DNA of 64,000 nucleotides from contig DF237192.1 in assembly GCA_000708835.1 (NCBI GenBank), positions 1 through 64,000 on the forward strand, given 5' to 3'. Position numbers and translations under genes: made by a program. Positions 58,101-64,000 of the stretch are shown piece by piece. This stretch comes from Klebsormidium nitens (taxonomy: Eukaryota > Plantae > Klebsormidiophyceae). The notes below the pieces were generated by a model. The model saw nothing but the letters and a program-made list of their open reading frames with translations. It had not been told where the DNA came from and made no database searches. How positions within the stretch are numbered: the stretch's first letter is position 1; each line of letters begins with the position of its first letter.

Positions 58101-61100
58101 GCGCTTCAACGAGTGCGTGTGCAACCCGTACAACGCAGATTTCGACGGCGACGAGATGAACCTGCACGTGCCTCAGACGGAAGAGGCCCGGACAGAGGCC
58201 ATAGAGCTGATGGGGGTGAGGGTTCATCCAGTTCAATCTCAAGAGTCCAGCCCAAGCTAGATATGACATGATTTTTGTCAGCTTTGGCAGGCGTACAAAG
58301 ACAGCAGAATTTCAGCGAACCTTGAATACTTTGTTCTTGTCAGCTTTAGCAGGCGCACAAAGAAAGGGGACTGGCATTCTTCTCCCCTTGCTCTTAGCGA
58401 GCTGCGGCAACCTTGAATACTTTGTTCTTGTCAGCTTTAGCAGGCGCACAAAGAAAGGGGACTGGCATTCTTCTCCCCTTGCTCTTGAGCGAGCTGCGGC
58501 AGTTAGACGAAAGCAGGGTTCCAGTTCCTTCGAAGGATGTTGTTTGGGAGCTTTCCAATATCATACAACAACAGCAGAATTTCAGCCAACCTTGGATACT
58601 TTATTCCTGTCAGCTTTGGCAGGCGCACAAAGAAACGAGACTGGCATTCTTCTCCACTTGCTCTTGAGCTCGTAGCGGCAGTCAGACGAAAGCAGGGTTC
58701 CAGTTCCTTCGAAAGATGTTGTGTGGGAGCTTTCCATAATTAGTACCCAGAAGCTCGACCCCGGTTTCATTCTTTGAGGGTCTGCACGGCATGGAGCGAA
58801 GCAACGTCTGACCTTGTGAGAAAACTAGCTGGAAACTTCGAGTGTGCCGAACCCACCGGAAAACCATGTGCAAGAAGAAACGGAAGCATCCAGTGTCCAC
58901 AGTTTCCATTCTTGCGCTTTCATCAAGTTCCTGACTGTATCCTCGTTGGTGCTCGCAGGTGCACAACAACCTGTGCACGCCCAAGAACGGCGAGATCCTG
59001 ATTGCCGCGACCCAGGACTTCCTGACGACCGCGTTCCTGGTGACCCACAAGGACAACTTCTACGACCGCGCGCAGTTCGGCCTCTTCTGCTGCTACCTCG
59101 GCGACGCGTCAGAGATGGTCGACCTCCCCACCCCCGCCATCCTCAAGGTGCGATTTTCGGTTCGCCGGTGTATAGTATCTTTGTCCAAGTTTGTGGGCCT
59201 CTCTACTTTAAGTGTTCGGGCGTCGTTTGCTGCTTCCTGGGCGATGTAAAAGGAGTGTTGCTTCACTCGACCTGGGCGATCAGATCTGCTAGTTCCTTTC
59301 TGGTTGGGGCTGTTCCATTCATGTGCTTGGCTTCCCGTGCAATCCGCATGAGCGGCATCGTGGAGATGTTGGAGCTTGAACCGATGTCACGGCTTCCGTC
59401 GCGTTGTCATTTTCGATCGGTCTTCGTCCTGCCCTCCTACATTTCTAGCGTGCTAAATGGGGCCAGCGTCCGCATGCTCCTGTCGGGTCCCCCTACTGCT
59501 ACGCACGATTCGTGCATCTGATTTTTAGGGACGCTCCCCAACCTTTGTGGAGGTTGACATCGCACCCCGAACATTAAATTGTGGCTTTTGAGTGCTGGAA
59601 ACTGTTTTTGTGCCGCTTGCATGTAAAGCGGCCGACACTCAGTAGCTCAGAAAGGCCTGGAAATCTAAGCTTGGAGGATGCGAAGGAGCGGCCCCGCATT
59701 CCGAATGTTTGTAGCCAGTCGATTTGTGGGCTGGCAGGGCTTCGACGTCCTCGTTTGCCCCAGTGCTCGCACCCGGAGCTTCGTTAACCTAGTGGTCAAA
59801 GGCCGTTTGGTTCCGTCATCTCTGACTGATCCTCTAAATTTATCTGCAGCCCGTCGAGCTGTGGACCGGCAAGCAGGTCTTTAACGTCCTCGTCCGCCCC
59901 AGCGCCCGCACCCGGATCTTCATCAATCTAGTTGTCAAGGAGCGCTTTTACACCAAGTCGAAAGTCGAGCCGGAGCACATGTGCCCAAGCGACGGCTACG
60001 TGTGCTTCCGGAACAGCGACCTGATCAGCGGACAACTGGGGAAGGCGACGCTTGGGGCGGGGAACAAGAACGGGCTGTTCACCGTGCTGCTGCGAGACTA
60101 CTCGGCTGAGGTACGGATTAAGATCACCGCTGGTTTGGGTGGGTTGTGCTTTGACGGTTGAGGTACGATTCCTGTCGCTGGACAGTCTGCGTAGCTGCCC
60201 GGTGCTTTAAATCCCTCCGATTGCCCTTGTGTTGGATCAAGGCGTAAGAAGGCCAAGCTCACTTGCAAAACATCTGGCATCTGCCTAATCGTTCAGATGA
60301 GACCCGAGACTGTGGATCCAACGATTGTAGAAAACCCGCTTCATAACCATTTTAACGTCTGAGCGTGAGCGCATGTCGTTCTACTTGATTGTTAGTCACA
60401 GTTGGCATAGGAATCTTTCGAAGCTTTCAACTGGTCTATCGAAAGCTTGCAGATTGGTATGCAGTCATATCCCCGATGCTTTGTTTTCCTGCGTAAGTCT
60501 CTCTGCCCCGCTTCCTTCCGTTGAGCTCCTTTCTCACTCTGCTTTTCTCCGTTCATCAAATCACTCCCCAACGACAAATTGGCTCCTGCTCTTTGAGACT
60601 ATATTTTGGGCATGGCATTGAATGCTGACACGTGTCATGTCCCAATAGGTCGCGGCCGCGTGCATGAACCGGCTTGCCAAGTTCAGCGCGCGCTTCATCG
60701 GCAACCACGGCTTCTCCATCGGGATCGATGACGTGGCACCAGGGCCGAAGCTGTCGGTCGAGAAGGAGAAGCAGATTGCCAAGGGGTATTCTGCGTGCGA
60801 CGCGCACATCCAGGCGTATGCAAAGGGAAAGCTGGCGTTGCAGGCCGGGTGTAACGCCGCAGAGACGCTCGAGGTGAGTTGCAATTTGTTGGGCACAGCT
60901 TGAAGGTGAAGTGAACGTTGTCAGAAAATTTGGCGCAGAGTTAGTCTAAGGAAACGCGACCCAGGATTGCAATAAGTCAGGGACCCGGAAGCATGTGGAA
61001 TTGGAATGCCATCTGTGAGGCATTCTTATAGATGGTTTCGGCTCACCCTCTTGTCTTCTACTACGGGTCAAATATGCGCACATGCCAGCAAGCGAATTTT

Positions 61101-62909
61101 ACCGAGGTGGATAAATCCAGAGAGGAGCCACAAAGTTGCGAACTCAATTGATTCCAGAGTTCCGCTTCCTTGAAGATCACGTGCGTCATTCCTGGCCGTT
61201 TCTCTTTCTTTTGATCCGTGTAATTGCCGGACCCCACCTGCGTGAACGGGCCCTCGAAGGTCTCTGCTTGGACGGAAATTTGAAAGACATAGGCCCTATG
61301 CGAGTCGTGCGGATAGACCGATCTGTTGAGCTCTTACTTTCTCACAGTGCGATCATGGAATCCAAGAATCAGCCGGCAAGGTTTCCCGGCTTGGATTTGC
61401 ACTTACGCAAGAACCCGATTTCTGCGAGCAAAACCTCCTTAACCCTGTTCTTTGCTTTATTCGTCGAAGCACCTTGTCAAAGACGTTTGGTTTTGCAGGC
61501 CGAGATTACGGGAGAGCTGAACAAGATTCGAGAAGAAGCCGGCAAGGTGTGCCTGCGCAAGATGCACTGCGGAGCAGTTTGAGCTTGAGAAAGCATAAGA
61601 AAAATCCGATCCGAACCAACCGCTTTTGACATGTCCAGATGCAGTTCTGCGAATCCTTGCCTTTCCGCAGGCCGAAATCACGGGAGAGCTGAACAAGATT
61701 CGAGAAGAAGCCGGCAAGGTGTGCCTGCGCGAGCTCCACTGGCGCAACAGCCCGCTCACCATGGCGCAGTGTGGTTCCAAAGGGTCCACCATCAACATCA
61801 GTCAGATGGTTGCGTGTGTCGGGCAGCAGACGGTCAGCGGGCATCGTGCGCCGGACGGGTTCATCAGCCGAAGTTTGCCGCACTTTCCAAAATTCGGTAG
61901 GTATTTCGATGTCGATCGGATCGGAACGACGCATAACATTCTTTGACCTAGAGATCAGTCATATTCAGTTCTTGGTCAGAGGGGCCTGTCTCGGGCAGCA
62001 GACGGTCAGCGGGCACCATGCGCCAGACGGTTTCCTCAGCCGAAGTTTGCCGCACTTTCCCAAGCACGGTAAGTTCTGATCATTCTTTTGCTATCCTGCT
62101 CTTATTACGTCGGGCCTTCCTTGCGCTTCTTTCTTGTCCGGATCGTCGAGCCAACTGTCGGAACGTTGGGCAGCAGACTGTCAGCGGGCACCGGGCTCCA
62201 GATGGTTTCATCAGCAGGAATCTGCCGCTCTTTTTCAAGCACGGTAAGTATCCTACTTCTGAATTGGAACGACCTCGATCATGATGCTGGGTCGGACTAA
62301 TCATGTCCGTGTTTGCCGTCCCAAGGTTTCGATCGAAGGTCGTATGTGTCAGACTGTCAGCGAGCACCATGCGCCGGACGAGTTCATCAGCCAAAGTTTG
62401 CGAAGTTTGCGCCGTTTGCCCGGGAATGGGTGGTGGTATTGAGTTCACAAACACAATCGTGTCTGGGGGTATCTAGCTCACGTTTGATTGCCACGACGAG
62501 GTTGGGGCATCCCAAGACAGCGAGAATACAACCTGATGCCTCTTGTGATTTCCTTCTTTGCAGACAAGACCCCCCGGGCGAAGGGCTTTGTCGCGAACAC
62601 CTTTTACAGCGGCATGTCGCTCGACGCGTTCTTCTTCGATACGTTCTCGTCAAGTTGTTGAAGAGCCCACCTTTAGAGAGCAAGACTGATGCCCAGACGT
62701 TCCTAAGACTGCGAGAGTAGAACTTGACGCCTGGTGTTTGTCCTCTTGCAGACAAGACTCCCCGCGCCAAAGGCTTTGTCGCCAACTCCTTCTACAGCGG
62801 CATGACTCCGGACGAGTTCTTCTTCCATACCATGGGCGGTCGCGAGGGGCTGGTCGACACTGCGGTGAAGACTGCGGAAACGGGTTACATGTCACGACGG
62901 CTGATGAAG
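52141..62909 (+). CDS. NRPC1: DNA-directed RNA polymerase III largest subunit, first 14 exons; gene continues beyond the window
   Basis: Exons 52141-52374, 53212-53361, 53732-53891, 54378-54577, 54989-55201, 55718-55981, 56441-56541, 57306-57447, 58075-58215, 58959-59147, 59850-60110, 60649-60873, 61671-61896, 62752-62909, all in phase. Motifs [75 protein letters not shown]. The N-terminus [20 protein letters not shown] and [10 protein letters not shown] are Pol III-type. Confidence 0.96.
54061..54267 (+). repeat. Two decayed intronic copies of the acceptor plus 5' end of RPC1 exon 4
   Basis: 54217-54267 (cag|GTGTGGTTGTAAAGGGATCCAGACGCTGAAGTTCATGCCCG) and the more decayed 54061-54109 align to exon 4 start cag|GCGTGGTTAAGAAGGCGACTCAGACGCTGAAGATTATGCACG. 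Confidence 0.65.
57181..57231 (+). repeat. Intronic copy of the acceptor plus 5' end of RPC1 exon 8
   Basis: ag|GTTCCTGAAGTTCGGCGACCGGCGGCGTGTGGCAGCCGAGCTCAAGTGC versus ag|GTTTCTGAAGTTTGGCGACAGGCGGCGCGTGGCGTCCGAGCTCAAGTAC (57306). Confidence 0.85.
57545..57613 (+). repeat. Intronic copy of the 3' end plus donor of RPC1 exon 8
   Basis: TGTGCTCTTTGACCGGCAGCCGAGCTTGCATGGATGTCCATTGTGTCGCACTAGG|gtatggcgggcctc versus TGTGCTCTTCAACCGGCAGCCCAGTCTGCACAAGATGTCCATCATGTCGCATAGA|gtatggcccgcctc. Confidence 0.85.
57922..58012 (+). repeat. Intronic copy of the acceptor plus first 86 nt of RPC1 exon 9 (catalytic NADFDGD segment)
   Basis: 5 mismatches in 86 nt versus 58075-58160; period 148 bp. Confidence 0.92.
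58276..58738. repeat. Modular intronic tandem repeat (about 3 copies of a ~90-bp unit plus two ~60-bp extensions)
   Basis: AACCTTGAATACTTTGTTCTTGTCAGCTTTAGCAGGCGCACAAAGAAAGGGGACTGGCATTCTTCTCCCCTTGCTCTT repeats at about 58318, 58409 and 58587. A partial copy starts at 58276. Confidence 0.9.
59712..59808 (+). repeat. Decayed intronic copy of the acceptor plus 5' end of RPC1 exon 11
   Basis: tag|CCAGTCGATTTGTGGGCTGGCAGGGCTTCGACGTCCTCGTTTGCCCCAGTGCTCGCACCCGGAGCTTCGTTAACCTAGTGGTCAAAG aligns with exon start 59850, with one small deletion. Confidence 0.8.
61493..61558 (+). repeat. Intronic copy of the acceptor plus first 60 nt of RPC1 exon 13
   Basis: 2 mismatches in 60 nt versus 61671-61730, both synonymous (GAG/GAA, ATT/ATC). 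Confidence 0.92.
61976..62400 (+). repeat. Three intronic copies of the 3' end of RPC1 exon 13 (two with intact GGTAAG donor)
   Basis: Copies at about 61976-62073, 62165-62249 and 62346-62400 (decayed) of GGGCAGCAGACGGTCAGCGGGCATCGTGCGCCGGACGGGTTCATCAGCCGAAGTTTGCCGCACTTTCC. Confidence 0.9.
62558..62642 (+). repeat. Intronic copy of the acceptor plus 5' end of RPC1 exon 14
   Basis: tgcag|ACAAGACCCCCCGGGCGAAGGGCTTTGTCGCGAACACCTTTTACAGCGGCATG versus tgcag|ACAAGACTCCCCGCGCCAAAGGCTTTGTCGCCAACTCCTTCTACAGCGGCATG (62752). Confidence 0.88.
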
Positions 62910-64000
62910 GTGAGCTCTTGGACCACAAAGGACACGCCTCCTAGATTAGTCCATTTTTGAGAGATCACCATTTTGTGCAGCGGCTGGTTTTTGGAACATC
63001 GCGTGCAACCATGTCTGGGGCCTGGAAGACCAAGAGTCTAGTCCACACTCCCTTAAATTGACAAAGTGCACGTATCCGCTTTGCCGTGCTTCATACGGTC
63101 ACGATGTGCAGATTTGGTCGCTCTCGTCAGACGCGTCGTGATGAGGTCATTACATTCTGCGAACTTCGCTTCAAGGTGGATTGTGAGAGCACTCTAGCCT
63201 GGTCCAAGCTATGACAGGAACACTTTGGTCATTGCCCTAGTTGTGCGAGTTGCTTCGGTCCAAAAAGTGGGAGCAATCGATTCCGCGTCCATCTCAGCTT
63301 AAGGTCTTCCGTTACAGCACTTTCAGGTCCTGTCGACAATTATCCACCACGATTACTTGTAAGGAGTGATCCTATGAACCGAAGTTGAACGCGTTGGTGG
63401 GCAAGGATGGCGAATGTGATTTGGGTTGTCGCCCACGTCGTCTTCAATTCCGCTGATGCCTGCATTCAACCAACGGGAAGCTCACTTTTGCCCGCAAAAC
63501 GTGAAAGGCCGATCAAGGCGTTACTAACCCCCACACCCCTTTCTCTTAGGCAATTGGCCACATTGGAGGCGTGTGCTCATGTATTGCTCGGCTGCTGCTT
63601 GGTCAGTGCTCTGTAAACCGTCGTTCGTAGAAGGCACACCCTTCTGCCGTCATCATTGACGGGGGTAAAAGTACAAGCTTTCAGCCTTCAGTTGCAAGCC
63701 ACCACTTTACGAAGTTCAGATCTGTGTTGAGACGTCCCGGTCGCTTGAATCTGCTCGTCTCTCCTAGAAGCAGCAGTTCTGCCGTTGGATGTGTTGGAGG
63801 TTTGTGCATTTGCCAATCCGTGCAGAGCATTTATACCAGACTTAAAGGTTTGCGAGGTTTGCTCTGCCCCTTTGACGTTGACAAGCCAAGTGGGGCTGCG
63901 TCGTTGCCAGTTTCTACGCCAAACGTTCTCTACCGGCATTGACATTCTGCTATTTGCGGAATCTCCATCCTGTAATACGGTACGAATATCAACGGGCCTC

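Noticed and set aside
54061-62642. RPC1 echoes as assembly stutter or a second nested RPC1 gene
   Set aside because: Copies differ by roughly 3-30% and cover only half-exons, which cannot form a second gene. Long reads are still needed to exclude a haplotype-merging artefact.

Overview
Intron-rich eukaryotic nuclear DNA with GC-rich exons. The gene content (LRR receptor-like kinase, DMP, TZP-like, plant-type BTB, plant-like nad5 fragment) suggests a streptophyte green alga such as Klebsormidium; this is an inference. Eight protein-coding loci were reconstructed by eye from GT/GC-AG junctions with consistent phases: a DUF4395-SLAC1/TDT anion-channel fusion (-), an LRR-RLK with a degenerate kinase (-), a DMP/DUF679 gene (+) carrying a mitochondrial nad5 insertion in an intron, an orphan coiled-coil gene (-), a tandem zinc-knuckle/Plus3 (TZP-like) gene (+), PIMT (+), a frameshifted BTB/POZ gene (-), and the first 14 exons of RNA polymerase III largest subunit (+). 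Several MITE-like elements and intronic tandem repeats are also present. The most striking signal is in RPC1: about 11 partial 'echo' copies of exon ends, most retaining their AG or GT splice site, lie in the adjacent introns. Their differences from the real exons are mostly synonymous, which a simple neutral tandem duplication does not explain well. No tRNA, rRNA or CRISPR array was recognised. All coordinates and mismatch counts were made by eye and need computational confirmation.
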